Made by a program: the position numbers and the translations under genes
The notes under the pieces: generated by a model
Databases searched by the model: none
What the model was told of the DNA's origin: nothing
The model's input: only the letters and a program-made list of their open reading frames with translations
Assembly: GCA_964650515.1 (NCBI GenBank)
Contig: CAZYUB010000011.1
Location: forward strand, 4,798 to 68,797
Source: an uncultured Planctomycetia bacterium
Lineage (GTDB): Bacteria; Omnitrophota; Gorgyraeia; Pluralincolimonadales; Pluralincolimonadaceae
Reading direction: 5' to 3'
Length of the DNA: 64,000 nt
Shown: piece by piece, positions 46,941 to 56,739 of the stretch
Layout: each line of letters begins with the position of its first letter
Position numbering within the stretch: position 1 is the stretch's first letter

Positions 46941-48281
46941 TTACCTCCTTTGCGACTTTTCAGCGACCAGGTCGTATTCGTAGCCGCCAACTACCCTGAC
47001 CTTTACCATATCGCCTGTTTTTATCCCCGTCCCCCTCACGAATACGGTCCCGTCGATCTCGGGGGCGTCCATATACGAACGACCGAGGAAGACGCCCTTA
47101 TCCGCGGGATCGGGCTCATCTATAAGGACATCGAGCTCGCGCCCGATGATGCTTCTGTTGATCTTCTCCGATATCCCCTGCTGGATGCTCATTATCTCGT
47201 TCCAACGGGATGCCTTGACCTTTTCGGGGACCTGTCCTTTCATCCGCGCCGCCGAGGTACCCTCCTCTGCCGAATACCTGAACGCGCCGAGCCTTTCGAA
47301 ACGGGCCTCCTTCACGAAATCCTTCAGTTCGCCGAACTCCTTCTCTCCTTCCCCGGGAAAACCCACAATAAGTGATGTCCTCAACGCTACGCCGGGTATC
47401 CTCTTCCTTATCTTGGATATCAGTCCCCTAATACGCGCGCCGGACGCCGGCCTTCCCATCGCCCTCAGTATCCTGCCGTTTATATGCTGGATCGGGATAT
47501 CCATATACTTGCATATATGCGATTCCTCCGAGATGGCTGATATGAGTTCATCCGTTATATGGTCCGGATGTCCGTATAGCAGCCTTATCCAGTTGGCCCC
47601 TTCGAGGCGCGACAATCTCCTTAATAGAGGTGCGAGCGAGCACTTTCCGTAAATATCTTTCCCGTAGATAGACGTATCCTGCCCTATGATGTTTATCTCC
47701 TTGACGCCATTTGCTATAAGGCGGCGGGATTCCCTCAGGACTGAACCGGCAGTGCGGCTCCTGTGAGGCCCTCTTATTGCAGGTATGATGCAGAATGAAC
47801 ATCTGTGCGAGCAACCTTCGGAGATCTTCACATACGCGTAATGCTTAGGCGTAATGCTGAGCCTCGGGCTCCTGTCATTATAAAGGTGCCTCGGCTCACG
47901 TAAAATTATATCCGATTTCCGGCCTAAGGCAAGGTTTTTTATCAGTGACGGCAGCCTATCCGCGGCGTCGACACCTACGAACCCGTCCACTTCCCCGAGC
48001 TCGACGGCGAGTTCCCGCCCGTATCTCTGGGGAAGGCATCCGGCGACTATAATACCCTTCAGTTTTTTCCTGCCCTTAAGCTCGATAAGGTCCAGGATCG
48101 CCTCGATCGATTCTTTCTTCGCGTCTTCGATGAACGAACAGGTGTTCACGATCGCAATATCCGCGCCCGACGGGGAATCAGCGATCTTATACCCGGACTT
48201 TTTTAAAGTCCCAAGTATCACCTCGGAATCCACCAGGTTTCTCGCGCATCCGAGCGAGATAAGCGCAATTTTTATCGCCAT
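46941..48281 (-). CDS. rimO: Ribosomal protein S12 methylthiotransferase RimO (radical SAM MTTase + TRAM)
   Basis: 446 aa; N-terminal MTTase Cys triad, CSHRCSFC radical-SAM motif, C-terminal TRAM. Confidence 0.85.
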   Translation of the reverse strand: MAIKIALISLGCARNLVDSEVILGTLKKSGYKIADSPSGADIAIVNTCSFIEDAKKESIEAILDLIELKGRKKLKGIIVAGCLPQRYGRELAVELGEVDGFVGVDAADRLPSLIKNLALGRKSDIILREPRHLYNDRSPRLSITPKHYAYVKISEGCSHRCSFCIIPAIRGPHRSRTAGSVLRESRRLIANGVKEINIIGQDTSIYGKDIYGKCSLAPLLRRLSRLEGANWIRLLYGHPDHITDELISAISEESHICKYMDIPIQHINGRILRAMGRPASGARIRGLISKIRKRIPGVALRTSLIVGFPGEGEKEFGELKDFVKEARFERLGAFRYSAEEGTSAARMKGQVPEKVKASRWNEIMSIQQGISEKINRSIIGRELDVLIDEPDPADKGVFLGRSYMDAPEIDGTVFVRGTGIKTGDMVKVRVVGGYEYDLVAEKSQRR

Positions 48282-48292
48282 TTAGGATTAGG

Positions 48293-49033
48293 TTATTTGG
48301 GTAGTTTAAGGCCTTTAACAGCGCCCTTGCCGATCGTGCCTATGTCGGCGCCGTTGAGGCCTACCGACAGCGCTTCCGCTTTACTCGTGGATATTTCGAA
48401 GGAATTTTTCGCTTCCCATCTCTCTTCGGACCCCTTTTTAAGAGTGCCGTCGAAAATGACCATACCGTCGGATTTGACCTTCAGGTATGCGTCGGCCTTC
48501 GATCTTACCGAGAGGACTAATGTCTCTCCTTTAGGTATCTGCGCCGCAACCGGTTCTTTTACGGCTTTTACCTCGGGTTTAGGCGCCGGCTTGGCTTTAG
48601 CGGGTTCTATCTTTTTTACGGCTTTCGGCCTGGATTTAAAGAACGCGACCGTCTTGGATATGCCGAATGAGACGAGTTTGACAGCGACGATTATCGCGAC
48701 TATCGCTACTACTGCTGTGATGACTTTCCTGTACGGGAATCCTCCGCTGTTGCCGCCTGAAACGTCCTTCGCCAGTACCGATATCTGTTCCTTGAATTCG
48801 GGTTTCTGCCCGGTAAAGCTTTCAGCTACGGCATTCCCGTCGAGGCCGAGGTAGTTCGCGTATTTCTTTATGAAGCTCTTCACGTAAATGGGGCCGGAGA
48901 CCATCTGGTCTATCCTGTCCGTCTCAAGCGCTGAAAGTATCCGCGAGCTTATGCGCGTGTCCTTTTGGGCCTGCTCAAGGGATATACCCCTTGATTCGCG
49001 CGCCGACCTTAATCTCGACCCGATTGATTCCAT
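48293..49033 (-). CDS. rodZ: RodZ-like cytoskeleton protein (HTH XRE + TM + C-terminal domain)
   Basis: 246 aa; N-terminal HTH (..LRSARESRGISLEQAQKDTRI..), central TM helix. Confidence 0.7.
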   Translation of the reverse strand: MESIGSRLRSARESRGISLEQAQKDTRISSRILSALETDRIDQMVSGPIYVKSFIKKYANYLGLDGNAVAESFTGQKPEFKEQISVLAKDVSGGNSGGFPYRKVITAVVAIVAIIVAVKLVSFGISKTVAFFKSRPKAVKKIEPAKAKPAPKPEVKAVKEPVAAQIPKGETLVLSVRSKADAYLKVKSDGMVIFDGTLKKGSEERWEAKNSFEISTSKAEALSVGLNGADIGTIGKGAVKGLKLPK

Positions 49034-51249
49034 TTGGCTTTCACAGCCTCCATATTTTCCATGAGTATCTCTCGGGGTTTCGAGCCGTTATAAGGGCCGA
49101 CGATGCCTTCCGCCTCCATCGTGTCGACAAGGCGCGCGGAACGTGTATATCCTAGGCCCAGCCTCCTCTGCAGCATAGACACCGAGGCCTGCTTCGTATC
49201 GAGGACCATCTTTACGGCTTCCTCGTACATATCGTCCTTTTCGTAGGTCTTCCCGCCATGGCCTTTCTTATCCTGCTCCTTAAGTATCTCCTCGTCGTAT
49301 TCAGCGGACCTCTGCTCCTTTATGAACTTGATGACCCTCTCTATTTCGGAATCCTTTACGAGGCAGGCCTGCGCGCGGGTCGGTTTTGCGTCCCCGGGCT
49401 TCATGAAGAGCATATCGCCCTTACCGAGCAGTTTGTCAGCGCCGTTCATGTCGAGCACTGTCCTGGAGTCCACCTTCGAGGCAACTTTGAATGATATCCT
49501 CGCGGGGAAATTCGCCTTTATGACACCGGTAACTACATCTACGGACGGCCTTTGCGTAGCTAATATTATATGTATGCCCACCGCCCTCGACAGCTGCGAG
49601 AGCCTTGTTATCGCGTTCTCGACCTCCTGCGCGGCGACTATCATCAGGTCTGCCAGCTCGTCGATTATGACGACTATATACGGCAGGACCTCCGGGACAT
49701 CTTCCTGTCCCTTGAAATCCCCCTTATTCTTCTTTTCGTGGAAATACTCGATGTTCCTGACGGCAAGCCTCGCGAAAAGCCTGTAACGCGATTCCATCTC
49801 GTTGACCACCCAGTTCAGCGCGCCCGATACCTTCTTATGGTCCGTGACGACCGGGCATAACAGGTGCGGCAGCCCGTTGAACATCGCGAGCTCCACCATC
49901 TTCGGGTCGACCATCAGGAACTTTACCTCGTCAGGTGAAGCGTTAAAGAGCATCGAGCTTATTATCGCGTTCACGCAGACGGTCTTTCCTGCACCGGTCG
50001 TGCCTGCTATGAGCATATGGGGCATAGTGCTGAGGTCCGCGATCACCGGGACCCCCGCTATATCCTTGCCGAGCGCCAGCGTGAGCTTCGACTTCGCGTT
50101 CTGGAACTCGGATGACTGCAATATCTCCTTAAGGTAGACGAGCGCGCTCGACGAATTCGGGACTTCGACGCCGACCCTTGCCTTCCCGGGTATAGGCGCG
50201 ACTATCCTGACGCTCTGGGCCTTCATCGCGAGCGCTATATCGTCGGATAAGCTCGTTATCTTCGTCACCTTCACGCCCGGCGCGGGTTCAAGCTCATACC
50301 TGGTTATCACGGGGCCGCGCTCGACCGCCGTGACCTTGACCTCTATGCCGAAATCGCGGAGCGTCTCCTCCAGTATCTTGGCGCTCGCGTCGAGGTCGTC
50401 GCTAATCTTGCGCTCTTCCATCGGAGGCGGCGAATCAAGCAGGCTCATGTCCGGCAGCTTGTAATCACCCACCGACTTCTTGATGACCTTTACCGGGTAC
50501 GGCTTCGGCTCATCGGCCTTGATGACCTTCTTTATATCTACTATAGTGGCGGGCCTCGGTTCCTCGACCGCCTGTTTCTTCTTTTGTTCCTGGTTCTTCG
50601 ACACCTCCGCCTTTATCTGCTCAAACGCCTTCTTAAGCGACGGTTCCCTGGCCGGAGGTTCCTTTGGCCTCGGCTTCTCCTGCCTTTGCTTCGGCCTGTT
50701 GAATATAGCGCCGAAGAGCTCCGCCGCCGCGTTGAATAACGACATTAATACCGGCAGGATAAGGAATTCTGTCGCAAGCAGGATGGAAAGCGCTCCGAGC
50801 ACGATGACCATGACCCATGCGCCGACATTGCCAAGGTATTTTACGAAGAAATCCGAGAAGAAGAGCCCGAGCATGCCTCCGTAATGCACCTTTACTGCAT
50901 TGCTCTGCGGGGATGATGCCATGCTGAGGATAGCGCTTGAAGCTATAAAAAGAAATGAGGTCCCGAGAAGCTTGAAATAGAACTTCTGCGGGACCTTATT
51001 AAGGAACTTGCCTATTGCCCATGTCGCCGTAAGCGCCGGGATTATATACGCGCTGAAACCTATAAGGTTAAACAGTCCTGCAGCTACATAGGCGCCTATA
51101 ATGCCCGCGTAGTTTCGCGTATAAACGTTCGGATGGGACGTAAAGACTTGGAGGTCGTTCGGATCATAAGAGATCAGGCTTATGAAGATAAGGACACTTA
51201 AGGCGAAGAGAAGAACGCCCCAAATCTCGTTTATCCTCTCTTGCTTCAC
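49009..51249 (-). CDS. ftsK: DNA translocase FtsK/SpoIIIE
   Basis: 746 aa; N-terminal TM helices, linker, motor domain with GTTGAGKTV Walker A; winged-helix gamma domain. Confidence 0.92.
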   Translation of the reverse strand: MKQERINEIWGVLLFALSVLIFISLISYDPNDLQVFTSHPNVYTRNYAGIIGAYVAAGLFNLIGFSAYIIPALTATWAIGKFLNKVPQKFYFKLLGTSFLFIASSAILSMASSPQSNAVKVHYGGMLGLFFSDFFVKYLGNVGAWVMVIVLGALSILLATEFLILPVLMSLFNAAAELFGAIFNRPKQRQEKPRPKEPPAREPSLKKAFEQIKAEVSKNQEQKKKQAVEEPRPATIVDIKKVIKADEPKPYPVKVIKKSVGDYKLPDMSLLDSPPPMEERKISDDLDASAKILEETLRDFGIEVKVTAVERGPVITRYELEPAPGVKVTKITSLSDDIALAMKAQSVRIVAPIPGKARVGVEVPNSSSALVYLKEILQSSEFQNAKSKLTLALGKDIAGVPVIADLSTMPHMLIAGTTGAGKTVCVNAIISSMLFNASPDEVKFLMVDPKMVELAMFNGLPHLLCPVVTDHKKVSGALNWVVNEMESRYRLFARLAVRNIEYFHEKKNKGDFKGQEDVPEVLPYIVVIIDELADLMIVAAQEVENAITRLSQLSRAVGIHIILATQRPSVDVVTGVIKANFPARISFKVASKVDSRTVLDMNGADKLLGKGDMLFMKPGDAKPTRAQACLVKDSEIERVIKFIKEQRSAEYDEEILKEQDKKGHGGKTYEKDDMYEEAVKMVLDTKQASVSMLQRRLGLGYTRSARLVDTMEAEGIVGPYNGSKPREILMENMEAVKAKWNQSGRD

Positions 51250-53423
51250 TTCCTATAAGGTCTCCTTTCGCCTCTGCCTTCTCTCGGTTCCCTGCGCTCC
51301 CTCTGAGGCCTTTCTCCCGGCGGGCTGTCAACCGCGCCCGGCATTGCGGCCTTCCTGCTGAGGTTAAGCCTGTTCTGGTCGTCTATCTCCATGAGCTTGA
51401 CCGGGAATTCATCACCGAGCTTCACGACATCATCCACGTTCTTGACATACTCGTTCGACATCTCCGATACGTGGACGAGGCCTTCCTGCCCGGGCAGTAT
51501 CTCGACGAAGGCGCCGAACGGCATTATCCTCTTGACCTTGCCGTTGTATATCTTTCCGACCTCCGGCATCTCGGTGAGCGAATTGATTATATCTATCGCC
51601 TTCTGGAGCGCCGGCCCGTCCGCTGACGCGACGTTTACCGTGCCGTCATCTTCGATGTCTATCGTAACCCCCGTATCTTCGATTATCTTGCGGATTACCT
51701 TGCCGCCGGGGCCTATGACATCGCGTATCTTGTCGGGGTTGATCTTGAAGGATACGATCCTCGGGGCGTACTTCGACAGCTCTTTCCTCGGCTCGGCGAG
51801 CGTCTGCCTGATCTTCTCGAGTATCGTCCTCCTCGCCTCTTTCGCGTGCTGAAGGGATTCCCTTATGATATCGAAACCGATACCGTCTATTTTGAGGTCC
51901 ATCTGCACGGCCGTTATGCCCTTCTCCGTCCCGGTGACCTTAAAATCCATGTCTCCGAAATGGTCTTCGAGGCCCGCAATGTCTGTAAGGACTACGTGCT
52001 CATTGCCCTCCTTGACAAGCCCTATAGCTATACCGCCTACAGGTGCCTTGATAGGCACGCCGGCGTCCATAAGCGATAATGTACCTGCGCAGACGGTGGC
52101 CATCGAGGATGACCCGTTCGATTCGAGGACCTCGGAAACGACCCTTACCGTATAGGGGAATTCTTCCTTGGTCGGCATCACGGGTTTAAGGCCTCTCTCG
52201 GCCAGGGCGCCGTGCCCTATCTCGCGCCTTCCGGGGCCCCTGACGGGCTTGACTTCCCCGACAGAGAACGACGGGAAGTTATAATGCAGCATGAAGGACT
52301 TCGATGTCTCGCCTTCAAGCGCGTCTATCGTCTGTTCGTCGGCGGATGTCCCGAGCGTAGTAACGGACAGGCTCTGCGTCTGCCCGCGGGTGAACAACGC
52401 GGAACCGTGCGTCCTCGGGAGCACCCCGACCTCGCCCGATATCTGCCTTATGTCCTTGAACCCGCGCCCGTCGACCCTCCTCTTCTCCTTAAGGATCGAC
52501 TGCCTTACGCGTTCCTTCTCGAGCTTTATCAGCGCGTTCTTGACATCGTTCCCGGTCCATTCCGCGCCTTCCACCACGAGTTTCTCTATGAGGTCCTTGG
52601 CAAGGATCGCCATGAGTTCCTCGCGCTCTTCCTTGCTCGACTTCTGCTCGACTTCCTTTACCTTATCGTGCGCAAGCTCACCGACCTTCTTGTAGAGATC
52701 CTCGTTGACCGTATTTATCTTTACGTCCGTCAGCTTCGTCCTTCCGCACTCCTTCTTCATCTTCTCCTGGAGCTCGATCGAAGCTATGAGGTTCTTATGG
52801 CCGAACTCTATGGCCTTTATGACGTCTTCTTCGGTCAGCTCGTTCATGCCGGACTCGATCATGACGATCCTGTCCTTCGTGCCGACCACCACGATATCTA
52901 GCGAGCTCTTCTCGAGCTCCGCGAACGTCGGGTTTATGACCATTTCGCCTTCTATCATACCGACCCTTACCGCCCCTATCACATAATCGAACGGTATGTC
53001 GGATATGGCAAGCGCGCACGAAGCCGCGTTAAGCGCGAGCACATCCGGGTCGTTCTCCCCGTCATGCGAAAGCACGAGCGCCATTATCTGTATCTCATGC
53101 GAAATGCCTGCCGGGAACAACGGCCTTATCGGCCTGTCTATAAGGCGCGCGGTAAGGACCTCCTTTTCTGAGGGCCTTCCTTCGCGCTTGAAAAAACCGC
53201 CCGGGATCTTCCCTGCGGCATAGTTCTTCTCCTGGTATTCAACGGTAAGCGGGACGAAATCTATATCCCTGGCTTCCCTGGGTTCCTTCGCCATTACGGC
53301 CGTTACGAGCACCACCGTGCCGCCGTACTGCACCATAACGGCTCCGTGGGCCTGTTTGGCCATCTTTCCTGTCTCAAATATCAGGTTTTCCCTTCCGATC
53401 TTCGTTTCTACTTTGTTACTCAT
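51246..53423 (-). CDS. pnp: Polyribonucleotide nucleotidyltransferase (PNPase)
   Basis: 725 aa; two RNase PH domains, KH and S1 domains, Arg-rich tail. Confidence 0.95.
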   Translation of the reverse strand: MSNKVETKIGRENLIFETGKMAKQAHGAVMVQYGGTVVLVTAVMAKEPREARDIDFVPLTVEYQEKNYAAGKIPGGFFKREGRPSEKEVLTARLIDRPIRPLFPAGISHEIQIMALVLSHDGENDPDVLALNAASCALAISDIPFDYVIGAVRVGMIEGEMVINPTFAELEKSSLDIVVVGTKDRIVMIESGMNELTEEDVIKAIEFGHKNLIASIELQEKMKKECGRTKLTDVKINTVNEDLYKKVGELAHDKVKEVEQKSSKEEREELMAILAKDLIEKLVVEGAEWTGNDVKNALIKLEKERVRQSILKEKRRVDGRGFKDIRQISGEVGVLPRTHGSALFTRGQTQSLSVTTLGTSADEQTIDALEGETSKSFMLHYNFPSFSVGEVKPVRGPGRREIGHGALAERGLKPVMPTKEEFPYTVRVVSEVLESNGSSSMATVCAGTLSLMDAGVPIKAPVGGIAIGLVKEGNEHVVLTDIAGLEDHFGDMDFKVTGTEKGITAVQMDLKIDGIGFDIIRESLQHAKEARRTILEKIRQTLAEPRKELSKYAPRIVSFKINPDKIRDVIGPGGKVIRKIIEDTGVTIDIEDDGTVNVASADGPALQKAIDIINSLTEMPEVGKIYNGKVKRIMPFGAFVEILPGQEGLVHVSEMSNEYVKNVDDVVKLGDEFPVKLMEIDDQNRLNLSRKAAMPGAVDSPPGERPQRERREPREGRGERRPYRK

Positions 53424-53512
53424 ATACCCTTTCTGATAGTATTGCTCTTTCGGAATACAAAACTACCTCTTGCCCCATCTTCCGCATTTACACCACGCAA
53501 AAGATGAAGTTG

Positions 53513-53782
53513 TTATTTCCTAAGGCTCAGCTTATCCAGGATCTCCTGGTAGACATCGGAATCTTCCCTCTTGAGATATTCCAGAAGCTTGCGCCTTTGG
53601 CTTACAAGCTTTAGAAGTCCATGGCGGGAATGATGGTCCTTCTTGTGGACTTTAAAGTGCTCTGTCAGCATATTTATCCTTTCCGTAAGGATAGCTATCT
53701 GGACCGGAGCCGAGCCTGTATCTTTATCGTTCCGCCTGAAGTTATTTATAAGGCTCGTTTTTGCATCTTTCATAAGCGTCAT
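53513..53782 (-). CDS. rpsO: 30S ribosomal protein S15
   Basis: Start at ATG 53782 behind GGAGGAGGAG SD (the track ORF uses an upstream TTG); ..[35 protein letters not shown].. Confidence 0.9.
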   Translation of the reverse strand: MTLMKDAKTSLINNFRRNDKDTGSAPVQIAILTERINMLTEHFKVHKKDHHSRHGLLKLVSQRRKLLEYLKREDSDVYQEILDKLSLRK

Positions 53783-53829
53783 TAACTTCTCCTCCTCCTG
53801 ATTTGACAATATAATAACATAATGCGTAT

Positions 53830-54735
53830 TTAATGTAAAGCATTATTAGACCTGAGCCCCAGGGCTTTCCTCGCGGCTTTATCGTCACGCTTTATCTGCT
53901 CGATTAGCTTTTCGTGGTCCCTGAATTTACGGGAGCTGCGCAGCCGCTTTACGAATATTACCTCTACATCCTCCTTATATATGAACTCATGCAGCCCGAA
54001 TATATGTACCTCTATAGAAGGGTCTTTCTCGCCGAAAGTCGATGCGGCGCCGATGAAGAGGGCCCCGCCGTACGTCTTCCCTTTGACGTTCACCCATACC
54101 GCATATATACCGCCGGGCGGTATCGCCTCATGATGAGGGTCTATGTTCGCCGTCGGATACCCGAGGAGCCTTCCCCTCTGCCTGCCGCTTATGACGGTGC
54201 CAAAGACGGATACCGGCCTTCCGAGCATCCTCCGCGCGCCTTTAAGGTCGCCGCCGATAATCATCTTCCTTATGGATGTGGATGATATCTCCCTTCCTTC
54301 CGATTTCACCATCGGGACTATCTTTACCGCGAACCCGAATTCAGCGCCGAGTCGCTTAAGCATTCGCGCGTCCCCCGAATTACCTTTACCGAAGACGAAA
54401 TTCCTGCCGACAAATACCTTTGCCACGCGGAATTTACGCGCTAGCACATCGCGCGCGAATTCCCTCGGAGATATACCCGCGAACTTCCTGTCGAACTTTA
54501 TTACCTCGCACTTCCCTATACCGAGGCCTTTTATCAGGCGGACCCTGTGGGGCGTTGAAATTATCGACGGTGTCTTCCTGCGGGGGTTTATGACCTTGGC
54601 AGGATGAGGATCGAACGTTATGGCCATTCCCGTTGCGCCCGCCTTTGCTGCCTCCCTGGCCGCCGACGAGATTATCCTGGCGTGCCCCCTGTGCACTCCG
54701 TCGAATATGCCTATCGCTGCGAACGTCTTATTCAT
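53830..54735 (-). CDS. ribF: Bifunctional riboflavin kinase / FMN adenylyltransferase
   Basis: 301 aa; [11 protein letters not shown] motif. Confidence 0.92.
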   Translation of the reverse strand: MNKTFAAIGIFDGVHRGHARIISSAAREAAKAGATGMAITFDPHPAKVINPRRKTPSIISTPHRVRLIKGLGIGKCEVIKFDRKFAGISPREFARDVLARKFRVAKVFVGRNFVFGKGNSGDARMLKRLGAEFGFAVKIVPMVKSEGREISSTSIRKMIIGGDLKGARRMLGRPVSVFGTVISGRQRGRLLGYPTANIDPHHEAIPPGGIYAVWVNVKGKTYGGALFIGAASTFGEKDPSIEVHIFGLHEFIYKEDVEVIFVKRLRSSRKFRDHEKLIEQIKRDDKAARKALGLRSNNALH

Positions 54736-55408
54736 ATTTCAGCAGCCGCCTTTCGAGGTCCTCCGCGGAGAACGACTTGAGTGTTTCCATGTCCGCGGAA
54801 TCATTCACCGTGAAATCGCCCGCCTTGAGGCGCCTGAGCCCTGAGAGGTGAGCCCCGCAACCGAGCGCCTCTCCGATGTCATCGCATAGCTTCCTTATGT
54901 AAGTGCCCTTAGAGCACCTTACCGTGAACCTTATATCCGGAAGTTCGATGCTGTCTATCCTCAGCTCCATAATATTTATCCTTCTCGGCTCCCGCGGAAC
55001 TTCCGTCCCCTTGCGCGCGAGCTCGTAGAGCCTGCGGCCCTTGTGGTGCAGCGCGGATACCATCGGCGGAACCTGGTCGATCTCACCCTCGAAACCGGCG
55101 AATACGCTGCGGATACTTTCCTCACTGATGCCTGAGACAGGCCTTTCCTGCATTATCCTTCCGTCGGCATCCCCGGTATGGGTCTTCCTGCCGAGAGTCA
55201 TAACTGCCTCGTATTCCTTGTCCTCTCCGAGAAAACGCGACGAGAACTTAGTCGCCTTCCCGATAAGCACGACGAGCAGCCCGGTCGCGGAAGGGTCGAG
55301 CGTGCCGGCGTGCCCGGCTTTCGCAATGCCGAAATTCCTTCGCACGAAATCGATCACATCGTGCGACGTCATCCCTTTCGGCTTATCTACGAGCAGTATC
55401 CCGTCCAT
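54728..55408 (-). CDS. truB: tRNA pseudouridine(55) synthase
   Basis: 226 aa; MDGILLVDKPKGMTSHDV..GHAGTLDP catalytic-Asp motif. Confidence 0.93.
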   Translation of the reverse strand: MDGILLVDKPKGMTSHDVIDFVRRNFGIAKAGHAGTLDPSATGLLVVLIGKATKFSSRFLGEDKEYEAVMTLGRKTHTGDADGRIMQERPVSGISEESIRSVFAGFEGEIDQVPPMVSALHHKGRRLYELARKGTEVPREPRRINIMELRIDSIELPDIRFTVRCSKGTYIRKLCDDIGEALGCGAHLSGLRRLKAGDFTVNDSADMETLKSFSAEDLERRLLKYE

Positions 55409-55409
55409 C

Positions 55410-56387
55410 TCAGGTGTATTTCGATATCTCCGATATGACCTTCTTTTCGGCGGAGGCGCGGTCGCCGGCTTTTATGCTGAACCCGGCCGCGGCGGCGTGC
55501 CCGCCGCCACCGAATTTCGAGGCGATCTCATTGACGTCGATTCCGTCCTTGCCCCTTAGGCTCACCTTAATGGGCCCGCCTGGCTTCGCCTGCTTGAACA
55601 GGACCGCTACCTTGCTTCCCCTTACGGACCTCGCGAACCCTATGAAGTTCTCCGCGTCCTTCAGGTCAGCGCCGGATTCGGAGATCATATCCCCCGTTAT
55701 CCAGAGCCATACTATCTTCCCGTCCCTGCTCCTCCTCATCGTGGCAAGCGAATGCCCGAGAAGATGTGTTATCTCGTATGTCTTCATCTCGAACAGGTTC
55801 TCGTATATAGAGTTCGTATCGAGCCCGCTCTTCATTAGCTCCGCCGCAAACATATGCGTCCTTGCCGACGTATTGGAATACCTGAACGATCCCGTATCTA
55901 TCAATATGGCTGCATAGATCGACATCGCCTCCGGTTTTGTAGGCCTCATCCGCAGCTTTTTAAATATGCTATATACCATCTCGCCGGTCGCAGCGCTCTT
56001 GCCGTCGACCCAGTTAACGTCGCCGAAGGCCGTATTGCTGACATGGTGGTCCACGTTTATTACCGTCATGCCGCCGGATATCAGGCCCGCGACCTTCCCC
56101 GTCCTTTCAATCGTCGGGCAGTCCACTACCAGCGCGCAGTCGAAATCCCCGCGCTTCCCCGCCCTCTTCATCCTGTCAAGCACGTTGATCGCGCCTATCC
56201 CGGGAAGGAAATCGCAGGATATCGGCGGAGGGTCCTGGTCTATTATTACGGCTTTCTTCCCGGACCTGCGCAACATGCTTGCCAGTGCGAGCTGGGAACC
56301 TATCGCGTCCGCCTCGGGGTCTACATGCGCCGTTATAAGGAACCCCTTGTGCCTGCGTATCGCCGCGGCTACGCTGTTAAGGCCCAT
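55410..56387 (-). CDS. nrnA: DHH/DHHA1 phosphoesterase, NrnA-like (nanoRNase / pAp phosphatase)
   Basis: 325 aa; HVDPDADAIGS-type DHH motifs; GGGH DHHA1 motif. Confidence 0.8.
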   Translation of the reverse strand: MGLNSVAAAIRRHKGFLITAHVDPEADAIGSQLALASMLRRSGKKAVIIDQDPPPISCDFLPGIGAINVLDRMKRAGKRGDFDCALVVDCPTIERTGKVAGLISGGMTVINVDHHVSNTAFGDVNWVDGKSAATGEMVYSIFKKLRMRPTKPEAMSIYAAILIDTGSFRYSNTSARTHMFAAELMKSGLDTNSIYENLFEMKTYEITHLLGHSLATMRRSRDGKIVWLWITGDMISESGADLKDAENFIGFARSVRGSKVAVLFKQAKPGGPIKVSLRGKDGIDVNEIASKFGGGGHAAAAGFSIKAGDRASAEKKVISEISKYT

Positions 56388-56739
56388 TTTTTTCCTCTTT
56401 CTCTTTGTGTATCTTATCGAATATCTCGTTAAGGTGCAGGCTGTACTCTGTAGACTCGTCGAGCCTGAAAAGAAGTTCGGGAGTGAACTTCATCCTGAGC
56501 CTTTCTCCTAGCAGTTTCCTTATGAAACCTGTCGCGGAATTTAGCCCTTCCGCCGCGTATTCTTTTTCCTTTTTACCCCCGAGCGAGCTGAAATATACCT
56601 TCGCGTTCCTCAGGTCCGGCGTGATCTCCACCCTCGTTATCGTCACGAACCCGATCCTTGGGTCCTTCAGCTCCTCTGATATTATCATCGAGATGCTCTC
56701 CCTCATCTCGTTTGCCACCCTTTCAGGCCTTATTCCCAT
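56377..56739 (-). CDS. rbfA: Ribosome-binding factor A
   Basis: Start at internal ATG 56739 (MGIRPERVANEMRE..; GGAG SD); the 87-aa N-terminal extension in the track ORF overlaps the upstream gene and is rejected. Confidence 0.88.
   Translation of the reverse strand: MGIRPERVANEMRESISMIISEELKDPRIGFVTITRVEITPDLRNAKVYFSSLGGKKEKEYAAEGLNSATGFIRKLLGERLRMKFTPELLFRLDESTEYSLHLNEIFDKIHKEKEEKNGP

Noticed and set aside
53424-53512. rpsO-pnp intergenic hairpin / RNase III site
   Set aside because: Only a weak 6-bp inverted repeat (CATCTT..AAGATG) with a 19-nt loop was found, which is not convincing enough to call.
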